IMG/VR virus record: IMGVR_UViG_647533160_000003
Length of the DNA: 64,000 nt
Source of the DNA: a virus
Taxonomy: Duplodnaviria; Heunggongvirae; Uroviricota; Caudoviricetes
Direction: 5' to 3' (one strand)
Shown: positions 29,689 to 39,247 of the stretch, piece after piece
Numbering within the stretch: the stretch's first letter is position 1
Layout: every line of letters starts with the position of its first letter
The notes under the pieces: model-generated
Told to the model about the DNA's origin: nothing
Databases searched by the model: none
The model's input: only the letters and a program-made list of their open reading frames with translations
Made by a program: the position numbers and the translations under genes

Positions 29689-30120
29689 ATGAGCACCAAT
29701 ATATACGAAAAAATCATGTCCGATCTCGAGTTTGACCGAGACAATCTGGAAGAAGTCTGGCGTAGACAACCCCGCCTGTTGATGGAATATGGCTCAAAAC
29801 TCGCCCATGCAGAAAGAAGTGTCGCAGAAGCAAAACTTAACCTTGAAGCTGTTGAAGCAAAGCTATACGACACAGAGCGTAAGAACTTGAGTATGAATGG
29901 CATTAAGTTCAACGAATCTGTACTGGACGCTAAGGTTAAAACAAACCCACAGTATCTGTCTAAACGGCAGAAGTTGGATGAAGCACGGCACATCGCAGAC
30001 ATATACAAACATGCTGTCGCCGCCTTTTCGCATCGCCGAGACATGATCGTTCAGGCGTCAAAGATGGCCATCGTTGAATTAGAGCGATTAGGCTCTGAAC
30101 GCTTTATTACTCCCCGTTGA
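29689..30120 (+). CDS. hypothetical protein
   Basis: 143-aa charged ORF. Confidence 0.5.
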   Translation: MSTNIYEKIMSDLEFDRDNLEEVWRRQPRLLMEYGSKLAHAERSVAEAKLNLEAVEAKLYDTERKNLSMNGIKFNESVLDAKVKTNPQYLSKRQKLDEARHIADIYKHAVAAFSHRRDMIVQASKMAIVELERLGSERFITPR

Positions 30121-30237
30121 TTTTTGATAGATAATAAGTAAGTACTGATCTATCATTTAACAGCTCGAAAGAGCCACGAATGAACGAAAGCCCAACGCGC
30201 ATAGCGCCATCGGCCAAATCACAACAAGGAGAAACAC

Positions 30238-31266
30238 ATGTCTAAGACATTACTTGATTTGCTTAACAAAACTCGTGAAGACATTGCCGCCAAACGTGGT
30301 AACAACGTTGATCTGACTCGCTTAAAAGACGGCGTCAACTATATCCGCATCTTCCCGAATAAAGACGACCCAAACGGTAAGTTCTTCCAGACTTTCGGTA
30401 TGCACTACGTTAAGTATCAGAACGAGGAAGGTAAAGAAGCAACCAACGCTTATATTTGTGAGCAACATACTCACGGTCGCGCTTGTCAGCTATGCGAAAT
30501 GGTGATGGAAGGTCGCGCTCGTCACAAGGGTAACAAAGCAATGGAAGAACGCATCGGTCAAATGCGTGCCACGCCTCGCTACCTGGTCAACGGCATTCTT
30601 TCAGCTCGTGAGGATTTCGCCGATGCAGAGAAATGCCAGTTAATCGAACTGCCTTCCACTGTATTCGATGATATCTGCAAAGCAATCACCGAAGACATCG
30701 CTGATGATATCGGTAATCCACTGAGCAAAGAGGAAGGCTACGCATTCCTGATTAAACGTACTGGTTCTGGTCGCGATACCAAATATGACGTCTCGCCTAA
30801 GCGTAAAGTCTACAAAGGCGATATCGAAGATAAATTCTGGAATACCCAGCATGACCTGATCGCATACGCAAATCAGGCTGATGAAACTCGTCTTCTCTCG
30901 ACAGTTCGCACTATGGGTCGTCTGATTGGCATCGCAGCACCAACTGCCTCTGCATCTGCACCAGCAATTTCCTCTACCGCGAAAACATCGACCGCGGCAC
31001 TGCCTGGATTTGGCTCTGTCACTGGTCATACGGAGGGTGCGACTGCTGTAGCAACCGCTCACACCCCAGCTTCTGAACCAACCAGTCTGGTTGATGAAGA
31101 AATCCTCCGAGCCGTTGAAACTGAATTTAAACCAGAGGCAAGTTCCGCTGCCGTTGCCGTATCAGTCAAAGAGTCTGAAGCAGTCGCAGCGACATCTGTA
31201 GCAGCCGCATCTGCGACGGAAGATGAAGGTCTGGATGATCTACTGAGAGAGCTTGACTCTCTGTAA
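30238..31266 (+). CDS. putative ssDNA-binding protein
   Basis: Cys/His cluster (CEQHTHGRACQLC), Ala/Ser-rich linker, acidic C-terminal tail EDEGLDDLLRELDSL. Confidence 0.4.
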   Translation: MSKTLLDLLNKTREDIAAKRGNNVDLTRLKDGVNYIRIFPNKDDPNGKFFQTFGMHYVKYQNEEGKEATNAYICEQHTHGRACQLCEMVMEGRARHKGNKAMEERIGQMRATPRYLVNGILSAREDFADAEKCQLIELPSTVFDDICKAITEDIADDIGNPLSKEEGYAFLIKRTGSGRDTKYDVSPKRKVYKGDIEDKFWNTQHDLIAYANQADETRLLSTVRTMGRLIGIAAPTASASAPAISSTAKTSTAALPGFGSVTGHTEGATAVATAHTPASEPTSLVDEEILRAVETEFKPEASSAAVAVSVKESEAVAATSVAAASATEDEGLDDLLRELDSL

Positions 31267-31283
31267 TCCCATTACGTGACCAG

Positions 31284-31313
31284 TAAGGCGTCTACGGACG
31301 CCTTACTTTTTTG
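31284..31313 (+). terminator. rho-independent terminator
   Basis: GTAAGGCGTC-TACG-GACGCCTTAC hairpin plus TTTTTT. Confidence 0.7.
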
Positions 31314-31327
31314 GAAGGAATGCACCG

Positions 31328-32272
31328 GTGAATTATCTCTTCGTAGATGGCAATAGCCTAGGTTATTACCACCAACAATCTGACAAATTGCACAACGGCG
31401 AAATGGAAGTTCAGGCTGCTTTCGGCTTTGTTAAGAACGTCCGTCGTTATGCCTCCATCCTCCATGCCCGACCTATGATTCTTTGGGATGGATTTAGTGA
31501 CAAGCGTCGCGACTTTTACCCGGACTACAAAGCAAATCGCGACGACGATCCTGATATGAAAAAGATGAAGGAAGGCTTTGCTGTCCAGAAGCCATACATC
31601 CTCAAAATGATGACCGCGCTTGGTGTTAACCAAATCATTGCAAAAGATGCAGAAGCGGATGATCTGGCCGGGCTGCTGGTATCCCGCATGGCACCGCAGC
31701 CAACCGTTGAACACATCTATCTGTTAACAGGCGATAGCGACTGGCTTCAGTTAGTTCGTGAAAACGTAAGCTGGGTAAGCCTGCGTGAAGACGCCAAAAA
31801 CAAGCAGGTTAATTTTGAGCAATTTGCGGAGCTGACAGGATTCGCCACGCCTCGCGCATTTTTGGAAGCAAAAGCATTACAAGGCGATAACTCGGACAAC
31901 ATTAGCGGTGTTGGTGGCATTGGCGCTGGCGGTGCGAAAGAGCTGCTGCATGAATGGGGAAGCGTCGCAACGATGGTGCGCGGCATTAACGACGGCTCAA
32001 TAGTGGTTGACAAAGGACGCCATAAAACCGCCTTCAACAAACTAGCGAAGAATGCCTTCAACGAGAAAACAGGCTGTCGAATGCTCGAAGCGTTCAAGAG
32101 AAACATCACGCTAATGAACCTGATTGAGACGAAGTTTCCGCCTACCGAAATCGAAACAATCAAAGGCAATCGTGACGTGAAAGCATTCGAGCAACTGTGC
32201 TACGAGCTGAATTTCCGTTCGTTCCTTGAAGACCTTGAAGTGTTTGTTCTTCCATTCGAAAGGTATTGCTAA
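31328..32272 (+). CDS. 5'-3' exonuclease / flap endonuclease
   Basis: FVDGNSLGYY N-terminal motif, LLTGDSDWLQL, H3TH-like GDNSDNISGVGGIGAGGAKELL; GTG start. Confidence 0.75.
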   Translation: MNYLFVDGNSLGYYHQQSDKLHNGEMEVQAAFGFVKNVRRYASILHARPMILWDGFSDKRRDFYPDYKANRDDDPDMKKMKEGFAVQKPYILKMMTALGVNQIIAKDAEADDLAGLLVSRMAPQPTVEHIYLLTGDSDWLQLVRENVSWVSLREDAKNKQVNFEQFAELTGFATPRAFLEAKALQGDNSDNISGVGGIGAGGAKELLHEWGSVATMVRGINDGSIVVDKGRHKTAFNKLAKNAFNEKTGCRMLEAFKRNITLMNLIETKFPPTEIETIKGNRDVKAFEQLCYELNFRSFLEDLEVFVLPFERYC

Positions 32273-32538
32273 TGCTTAAATCAATTATTAATGGCGCTAC
32301 AACCACCCCTGCCCAACTGGCAAAGGAGATTGTCTTTTATCACGGTGAGTACGCTGTCATCGCGCTGCCGTCAATTCTAGGCGCTGCCGGAATGAAAGCG
32401 ACAGATCGCGAGTTTGGATTAGTCAGCGAGCAGGTCGTAAAAATCCTCGCTCGTGTATCCAGACTCCTTAACCACGATGCGATTGTATTCGACGAATCCG
32501 CCGCTTTAAAACGAATCAACGAAACAAAAGGAGCCTGA
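32266..32538 (+). CDS. hypothetical protein
   Basis: 90-aa ORF between exonuclease and RecA genes. Confidence 0.4.
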   Translation: MLMLKSIINGATTTPAQLAKEIVFYHGEYAVIALPSILGAAGMKATDREFGLVSEQVVKILARVSRLLNHDAIVFDESAALKRINETKGA

Positions 32539-32540
32539 TC

Positions 32541-33614
32541 ATGGCAAAAGGAAAATCCGCACTGGCACTTGCTCTGAAAAAGAAAATCGGTAGCAACGAC
32601 GAAATACAGAAAGTAACTCATTGGATTGACACAGGCTTTCCTCCGTTAAACAAAGCGATTTCCGGTCGTTACGATGGCGGTTTCCCATGTGGTCGTATCG
32701 TAGAAGTATTCGGGCCGCCAAGCGCGGGGAAAACCTTTTTGGCAACGGCAGCAATGATCTCCGCTCAGAAACAAGATGGTCTGGCGGTATTCCTCGATCA
32801 TGAGAACAGTTTTGACGTTGGCCTGGCTGTCGCCAATGGTCTGAACGCAGATGAAGATGACGGCCAGTGGGTATACAAGCAGCCAGATACCTTCGAAGAC
32901 TCTGTGGAGTTGATCGGCACAATACTTAAATTGGTACGTGATGAAGAGCTTATCCCTGAATCAGCACCTATCTGTATCGTGGCGGACTCACTTGCGTCTA
33001 TGGTTCCGAACTCCAAAGCCGAGAAGTTCGAAAAGATGGCTGAAGGCACTGCCAAAGACAAAGATCAGCTAAACATGAATGACAATACGGCGCTGGCTCG
33101 TGCGACGAGTGCGAACTTCCCCACTCTGGCTTTGTGGGCACGCAAATACAACGCCTGCATCATCTTCTTGAATCAGGTTCGCACAAAAATCGGTGTAATG
33201 TTTGGCGACCCTACGACGTCACCAGGTGGCGATTCGCCGAAGTTTTACGCTTCTGTGCGCATCCGTCTCGGTGCATCGGTGATGAAGGATGGTAAAGAGA
33301 AGATCGGTCAGGACGTAGGCGCAGAGTGCATCAAAAACAAAGTTGCACCACCTTATGGCAAGTGCACCTGGAAATTCTACTTCGATCCTACTCGTGGCCT
33401 CGACGTTATCGAATCGCTCGTCGAGTACATGCTGGATGAAGGATACCTGCCAAAGAACGCAAGCGGTCGAGTAGAAATTGGCGACAAGAAATACACCAAA
33501 TCACAGATCGTCGAGATGTATCGGGAGAAGCCACTAGCTGAAATAATTGCGGCTTTGCAGGCAATCGACGACCGGAGAGCAAAAGACACCCCCACCGAGT
33601 CAGTAGAAGAGTAA
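32541..33614 (+). CDS. recA: RecA-family recombinase
   Basis: Walker A GPPSAGKT in RecA-like core; 357 aa. Confidence 0.8.
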   Translation: MAKGKSALALALKKKIGSNDEIQKVTHWIDTGFPPLNKAISGRYDGGFPCGRIVEVFGPPSAGKTFLATAAMISAQKQDGLAVFLDHENSFDVGLAVANGLNADEDDGQWVYKQPDTFEDSVELIGTILKLVRDEELIPESAPICIVADSLASMVPNSKAEKFEKMAEGTAKDKDQLNMNDNTALARATSANFPTLALWARKYNACIIFLNQVRTKIGVMFGDPTTSPGGDSPKFYASVRIRLGASVMKDGKEKIGQDVGAECIKNKVAPPYGKCTWKFYFDPTRGLDVIESLVEYMLDEGYLPKNASGRVEIGDKKYTKSQIVEMYREKPLAEIIAALQAIDDRRAKDTPTESVEE

Positions 33615-33618
33615 ACAC

Positions 33619-33644
33619 AAGGCGTCCACAGGACGCCTTTTTTA
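33619..33644 (+). terminator. rho-independent terminator
   Basis: AAGGCGTCC-ACA-GGACGCCTT hairpin plus TTTTTTA. Confidence 0.7.
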
Positions 33645-33706
33645 TCTCTTGAAAATATATAAGTACTTACTTATTATTTTCGCATAACAACCACATAGGA
33701 AAACAC

Positions 33707-33907
33707 ATGATCAAAATCTATCTATTGGCAGTAACCACAGGCCTTTCAGTGGCTCTCATCTACGGTTTACTGGTTCCGTCGCTGATTTCTACCAAGAGTG
33801 ATTTAGCCGTCATGTTTGGAATTATCGTTGGTTTTGGTGCTCCTGTAATCGGTCTTATTGCTGGTCGTAAATTTATTAACTCATTAATCAAAGCAAAGGG
33901 GAAATAA
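33707..33907 (+). CDS. small membrane protein
   Basis: 66 aa, two hydrophobic helices. Confidence 0.45.
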   Translation: MIKIYLLAVTTGLSVALIYGLLVPSLISTKSDLAVMFGIIVGFGAPVIGLIAGRKFINSLIKAKGK

Positions 33908-33910
33908 GTA

Positions 33911-34741
33911 ATGAAGAAAGGTTTACTTGCAGTTGCTCTGGCGGCTATTTGCACAATGGGTCTTACTGGCTGTGATCGCGTGGAGCCTGGATACGTTGGC
34001 ATCAAAGTAAACAAATTAGGTGAAGACAAAGGGATTGGTGAAGTAGTTGGCGTTGGTCGCCAATGGACAGGTCTTAACACCGAACTTTACGTATTTCCGA
34101 CCTTCAAACAAATGAAGACCTACGACGAGCCGTTCACATTCCAGATGAGTGACGGTACTGCTATTGGTCACAAAATTGGCGTTGCGTATCTGGTTAATCG
34201 TGACAAGGTAACGACGGTGTTCCAGACCTATCGCAAAGGCGTAGACGATATCACCGAATCAGATCTGCGTCAGAAAATTGCCGACTCTCTAAACCGTTTG
34301 GCCAGCCGTATGACCACTGACTCATTTATCGACGGTGGTAAGGCACAATTGCTGGACAACGCACTGAAAGATATTCAGAAAGAGATGTCTCCGGTTGGTA
34401 TTGAGGTACTGAGCCTGTCATGGGTTGGAAAGCCTGATTACCCAAAAACCGTCATTGAATCGATCAACGCCAAAGTAACGGCTAACCAGCGTACTCTGCA
34501 ACGTCAGCAGGAAGTTGAACAACGTAAAGCTGAGGCGAATATGCTACGTGAACAGGCTAATGGTGAAGCTGATGCTATCCGTGCTCGTGCGCAAGCAGAA
34601 GCAGACGCCATTCGTCTGCGCGGTGAAGCTCTGCGTCAAAACCCGAACGTTATGGAACTGGAAGCCATCAATAAATGGAATGGCCAGTTACCGCAGTACA
34701 TGACTCAAGGGGCTAACACTCCTTTCATTACAGTGAAATAA
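33911..34741 (+). CDS. SPFH/band-7 (prohibitin-like) lipoprotein
   Basis: Lipobox LTGC; SPFH-like core; Ala/Glu/Arg-rich coiled-coil C-terminus. Confidence 0.65.
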   Translation: MKKGLLAVALAAICTMGLTGCDRVEPGYVGIKVNKLGEDKGIGEVVGVGRQWTGLNTELYVFPTFKQMKTYDEPFTFQMSDGTAIGHKIGVAYLVNRDKVTTVFQTYRKGVDDITESDLRQKIADSLNRLASRMTTDSFIDGGKAQLLDNALKDIQKEMSPVGIEVLSLSWVGKPDYPKTVIESINAKVTANQRTLQRQQEVEQRKAEANMLREQANGEADAIRARAQAEADAIRLRGEALRQNPNVMELEAINKWNGQLPQYMTQGANTPFITVK

Positions 34742-34757
34742 CTCCCCTAAAAAGTTC

Positions 34758-34783
34758 AGGCGTCCAGTTGGACGCCTTTTTTA
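34758..34783 (+). terminator. rho-independent terminator
   Basis: AGGCGTCC-AGTT-GGACGCCT hairpin plus TTTTTTA. Confidence 0.7.
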
Positions 34784-34832
34784 TCGCAATTATCTTATTA
34801 AGAAAACAATTTGTTTGAAAGGATAAGAAAAC

Positions 34833-35258
34833 ATGACAGCTATTAAGAAACTCTACGATGCTGCAAACGTGGCTCTGGATGTTATTGATGATGAAGTAGC
34901 AAAAGGCTTTCCTGAACCTGATTGGGCGCATCAGCTACGAAACGCTATCGCAGAAATGACCCCACCAGATCCAACCCCCGACGAGACAGACTGGCAGCGA
35001 TTCATCCGTATGTACGCTCAGGAAATAGGTCCAACGCCAACGGCAGAGCAGGCAATGCTGCTGAAATACTTCAAAGAGGCGGGAGAGGATTTACCAATTG
35101 ATGACTCAGCATATTGGTTCCACTGCGCATGGCGTAAGTATGACGTGATATTCACACAAGGCATGGGAAGCAAAGATATGGTTGTGTGGCATCTACTCCA
35201 TATAGACACAGCCGTTGACAGAGTTATTGAACAGTTTTTCCCTAAACAAGAAGATTGA
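34833..35258 (+). CDS. hypothetical protein
   Basis: 141-aa ORF preceded by AAAACAATTTGTTT box. Confidence 0.5.
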   Translation: MTAIKKLYDAANVALDVIDDEVAKGFPEPDWAHQLRNAIAEMTPPDPTPDETDWQRFIRMYAQEIGPTPTAEQAMLLKYFKEAGEDLPIDDSAYWFHCAWRKYDVIFTQGMGSKDMVVWHLLHIDTAVDRVIEQFFPKQED

Positions 35259-35313
35259 TCGCCTATTCATAACTAACAAAATAAGTAAACACTAACCACA
35301 AAAGGAAAAACAC

Positions 35314-35589
35314 ATGAGAGTTTTAGTTCGAATCGTTACCAGCACTGTCTATGACGTGTTTCCGCTTTTTATGGTCAAAGCCGATGGCCTTAACGACGAA
35401 GAAACTGACGCGCTGATCCAGCGTATTCTCGTTGAATATACAGGTCATGACGCTGATTCAGTGATGATTGATGATGATGGTGTTTGTTGGCATAACGGCA
35501 ACTGTTGGTACGTAGAAGAGACTCAACAAATCAGTGATGAAGATGCCGCACATCTTGAGCGTATTTTAAGCATCAGCACTTTTGAGTGA
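35314..35589 (+). CDS. hypothetical protein
   Basis: 91-aa ORF with conserved AAAGGAAAAACACATG start context. Confidence 0.45.
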   Translation: MRVLVRIVTSTVYDVFPLFMVKADGLNDEETDALIQRILVEYTGHDADSVMIDDDGVCWHNGNCWYVEETQQISDEDAAHLERILSISTFE

Positions 35590-35804
35590 GTTTACAGTAA
35601 AATTTATATAAGTTAGTATCTACCTATCATGAAGATTTTTATTGAATACTTGTTACTCATCGTGTCAATAGCTTTTGTCATCGACTGCATTTTCACTGGT
35701 GTCATTCGTAAAGTCTTTTCCCCGGTGAACGACGTAGTCATAAACGCTTTGGCTATCGTGCTCGTATTTAATTCAGCATTTGATGTAATCAAAGAGGTGG
35801 CAGC

Positions 35805-36140
35805 ATGAAGGCCATCCCATTCGCGCTGTTGTTCCTTTCTTCGATCGTTGTGGCCGACACCACTGTTTATCAGTGTGAAATGTCTGTAGCCGACGTTAAG
35901 AATGGCGCTCTTACCGACGTCATAAAAGCACCATATGGCGCGATGGTCGTAGACAGCGGCGACCAGTTCTATGTTGTGCGAGACGATCGAGTATTGTCAT
36001 CCCCATATCTCACAAACCGTAATGGCAAATTAACCGGCGTCGGAGAAGACCACTTCGTATACAACAAATACAAGGGCTTCTATGGCGTTCACGCTTCTCA
36101 GCAAAGCTACCTTTTCGATGACTGCAAGGAGGTTGGATAA
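35805..36140 (+). CDS. secreted hypothetical protein
   Basis: Signal peptide MKAIPFALLFLSSIVVA; 111 aa. Confidence 0.5.
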   Translation: MKAIPFALLFLSSIVVADTTVYQCEMSVADVKNGALTDVIKAPYGAMVVDSGDQFYVVRDDRVLSSPYLTNRNGKLTGVGEDHFVYNKYKGFYGVHASQQSYLFDDCKEVG

Positions 36141-36352
36141 TGGCATTAACACTGGCAGGTCTGGAAATCGAGAAAACAAGCGGATACTGGCGTGCTAAGG
36201 GTTTCAAGCAGCCTGGCATTCTTGAGCGTCTGGAACGTGAAGATGGGTATATCGTCCACCAGCGGCGTGAATGGCGTATGTACGATCCAGAAACAGGAAA
36301 ACTGACTACAAAAGCCGGAACACTTTGGGGTCTGTTGAAGAAAATACACTAA
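36140..36352 (+). CDS. hypothetical protein
   Basis: 70-aa ORF, ATGG overlap with upstream stop. Confidence 0.4.
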   Translation: MALTLAGLEIEKTSGYWRAKGFKQPGILERLEREDGYIVHQRREWRMYDPETGKLTTKAGTLWGLLKKIH

Positions 36353-36399
36353 ATGCAAACTGACTGCGGCACGTGCCGCAGTCATATTTCATAGTCGTC

Positions 36400-36933
36400 A
36401 CCGCTGACAGCATACACAATCAACTGCCGCTGATAGCATATCGAGAGTCTATCTCACCGCTCACAGCATACTTTACTCGATTTTTTACCGCTGACAGCAT
36501 ACTTAAGACATTGCATGAATAATATGTCCCGGTATGGGTATAACCAGAACAAAATTACCGCTGGCAGCATACGAAGGTCTGACATATACCATTAATTACC
36601 GCTGATAGCATATCCAAACAAAAATTCCTCAATAAAACACCGCTGACAGCATACGTTCTATCAGAGAGCAGCAGGCAATAAATGCCTTTCACTACAAGCA
36701 ATCAGCGCAATGGCAATAGAATGTTAGTGAGCGCAAACCTTTATGGAATGCACTCTTCGAGGTTAGTAACCACTGGGGAGGTATGACAGAGCATTGAGTG
36801 GTGATAGATGATTAACCGCTCACAGCATACGTTTATCTCACTATACCGCTGGTAGCATATCTTTTAACCGTTCACAGCATACTTTTCAGGAAAATAGCCG
36901 CTGATAGCATACATTTCACCGCTGACAGCATAT
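36400..36933. repeat. iteron array downstream of rep (incA-like): 12 copies of CCGCTGACAGCATAC
   Basis: 15-bp direct repeats starting at 36401, 36427, 36457, 36488, 36558, 36599, 36640, 36816, 36846, 36868, 36898, 36919. Confidence 0.8.
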
Positions 36934-38027
36934 CAAAGCAGTTTGAGACTATTGGAAAGGATCTCAATCATCTTGATATTTTCAGGCGTCAAATTCTGCG
37001 AAAGTTCAGTTATCTTGTTGATAATGTTCTGTTTAGCATCAATTTCCCCGGCTTTCTCATCTGGTTTTTTGGGTTCGATGTCTTCAGGTTTTGGCGGTGC
37101 GACTTTGAGTTTTGGATTGCGGCTGTGAATCTGGATATAGATCGACCGCCCCCGCTTAATCTCGCTATATTCGAGATAGCCCAAATCTTGGAGAGCTTTT
37201 AAGCCGTTACGTATAGTCTGATTCTGCGAGCTGACATTCCTGCTACTCAAATTGAGTCGCGCACGCAATCGAGCAAGCGATACCGGCGCAGGCTTGGTTG
37301 GAAGACTTTCGATGAAGGTGTACAGAGCCTGTGCTGTTTCTTTGCGTGGTAGCTTATTGATAACCTTTAACTGCAAAAGAACCTTATGGTCAAAGCGATA
37401 TAGTTCGGCCAGCTTCGGTTCTGCATAGAACACCACCGTATCTTTCTGCTCGTTGTAGTCCACGCTATTGATGAGGTGCACCATCAGAAGCGAGATCTTG
37501 TTAGAGCCGTCGACGTTCTTTTCTTCATACGTTCTCTGGAAAGACAGAGTTGTACGCATGATCTTCAAAAGACTGTTTGTAAGCCGGTCGCGGAGTGTTT
37601 TGCGGATCTGTGACGATGGATAGCCACAAAACTTCGCAAATTTCGTGATGCTTAACTCGACACGACCGTTAGGTTCGCCGTATTCTGCCAGCGAACGCAC
37701 AACGCCCACCCACGTTTTGAAATCATGATCCATGTCGAGACGAGGACCGGTTATCTTGATATCGGAATAGCCTTCAGAACGGGCTACTTCGAGCTGAACA
37801 AGCTCCTTTGAAGCATCGATCTCATTTGGCTTGTTACGCTTGCTGTATTTTGTCCCCTTGAGCGTGGGCACGAACAACCCCAGCCGCATCAACGCAATTG
37901 GTTGGACTGTATTGTTGCTATTAGGGACAAGTTCCCCTGTGTACAATTCAAGGGAACCTTCTTCAAAGTTGTCGAGATTATCTTCTACTTCTTTGTTATT
38001 TTTACCTTTTTTATTTTTTGTGGACAT
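36933..38027 (-). CDS. plasmid replication initiator (Rep), iteron-flanked
   Basis: 364 aa from Met 38027 (MSTKNKKGK); ORF open to 38147 but that extension runs through iterons; Rep call is positional only. Confidence 0.65.
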   Translation of the reverse strand: MSTKNKKGKNNKEVEDNLDNFEEGSLELYTGELVPNSNNTVQPIALMRLGLFVPTLKGTKYSKRNKPNEIDASKELVQLEVARSEGYSDIKITGPRLDMDHDFKTWVGVVRSLAEYGEPNGRVELSITKFAKFCGYPSSQIRKTLRDRLTNSLLKIMRTTLSFQRTYEEKNVDGSNKISLLMVHLINSVDYNEQKDTVVFYAEPKLAELYRFDHKVLLQLKVINKLPRKETAQALYTFIESLPTKPAPVSLARLRARLNLSSRNVSSQNQTIRNGLKALQDLGYLEYSEIKRGRSIYIQIHSRNPKLKVAPPKPEDIEPKKPDEKAGEIDAKQNIINKITELSQNLTPENIKMIEILSNSLKLL

Positions 38028-38048
38028 GTGGACACCTTTGTCATTCAA

Positions 38049-38149
38049 CCGCTGACAGCATACTTGATTTGCCGCTGGCAGCATACCAAAAACAGTTGGC
38101 AGCATACGGCGAACCGTTGACAGACTATCAATTACCGCTGGCAGCATAC
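38049..38149. repeat. iteron array upstream of rep (incC-like): about 5 copies
   Basis: Same CCGCTGRCAGCATAC family starting at 38049, 38072, 38093, 38114, 38135. Confidence 0.75.
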
Positions 38150-38189
38150 ATGAACATGGCTTCAGACCAGTCGTGGCGCGGCTTACAGC

Positions 38190-38265
38190 GATCGGGGATC
38201 TTATTTGATCTATACAAGGATCTATCTATGGATCTCTTTATTAGGATCTATCCTGTGGATATGTG
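38190..38265. promoter_or_regulatory. origin-like region: five clustered GATC sites plus DnaA-box-like TGTGGATAT
   Basis: GATC at 38197, 38207, 38219, 38231, 38245 within GGATCTAT-type repeats; TGTGGATAT at 38254-38262. Confidence 0.55.
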
Positions 38266-38348
38266 AATAATTAAAACAGGCATTTACTACCTTCGGCGCA
38301 CCTGGTGAGTTATCGTTGCCTCGGCTAACAATCACAGAAAAATGACAT

Positions 38349-38993
38349 ATGGATCTAAAACGCACGCGCTGGGTTCGTCGTCTTGAAAACGGCTCCTACA
38401 CTATCGAATCAAATTCCAACCTGAATAAGCAGAAGTTGCTTTGTGACATCTGCGGTATAGCGGCGAAGTGCCCGATCTACGAAACCAGAATTAAACTTGA
38501 TAAGGCTGGTGTGAACTTTCATTTAAACAGTTGCATCAGGTACGTTCCATTGCTCGCATTTCGTAAACCGATCATCGGATTGGATGCACCCTACTTCAAC
38601 ACACTCCGTTCAGGTGTGACGTGGCGAGATCGTTTATCACCAGACAAGCTGATTTGCCTTGTATCCGCAGACACAGGGAAAATCATCCGTTTTGGGAAAG
38701 TAGACAAGATTTACTCAGGCCCAGTAGACGAAATGTTGCGGAAACACAGCCGGTTTAATCATCTCTGTATGGGGGGTGAGAAAATCGAGAAGGTAGAAGA
38801 AGTGATCCGCAAATCCTACGGACACTTCCTGACCAAAGATAGCCTGCTCACCGCAATCTACATCAGACATGTAAAACGTGAGTTCGACCTCGAATACCAC
38901 AGTGAAGAAGAGCTTAACCTTGTTGATCCACGTCCAAAAGCTGGCGTCATAAGCATAAACGCAGCGCGTAAAAAGCCCACTGACGCGCTGTAA
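38349..38993 (+). CDS. hypothetical protein
   Basis: 214-aa ORF. Confidence 0.5.
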   Translation: MDLKRTRWVRRLENGSYTIESNSNLNKQKLLCDICGIAAKCPIYETRIKLDKAGVNFHLNSCIRYVPLLAFRKPIIGLDAPYFNTLRSGVTWRDRLSPDKLICLVSADTGKIIRFGKVDKIYSGPVDEMLRKHSRFNHLCMGGEKIEKVEEVIRKSYGHFLTKDSLLTAIYIRHVKREFDLEYHSEEELNLVDPRPKAGVISINAARKKPTDAL

Positions 38994-39247
38994 CCCTCCA
39001 GATCGTATATTGGCGTAGATAGAATCTACGCCTCCTCAAAATAGCTCTCATAGCGTTCTACAGTGATTCTGTCTTATTTTTAGTCATACAGACAAGCAAA
39101 CTTGCGCCACAATAAATAGGTATATACTTACTTATAAATTTTGTATATTAAGGTGCTAGTTTCATTCCTAACATACCGTTATGCATAGTTGTTTACCTTC
39201 TCATTGCTCTTAGAATTTGTATCAAAATAACCACAAAGGAAAAACAC

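Noticed and set aside
38028-38147. N-terminal extension of the Rep ORF (MLPAVIDSL...)
   Set aside because: The extension is encoded by the upstream iteron array; the internal Met at 38027 is the more plausible start.
36400-38149. Possible CRISPR array suggested by many short direct repeats
   Set aside because: Repeats are 15 bp with irregular spacing of about 10 to 160 bp, occur on both sides of a Rep-like gene and are not followed by uniform spacers; this is an iteron arrangement.
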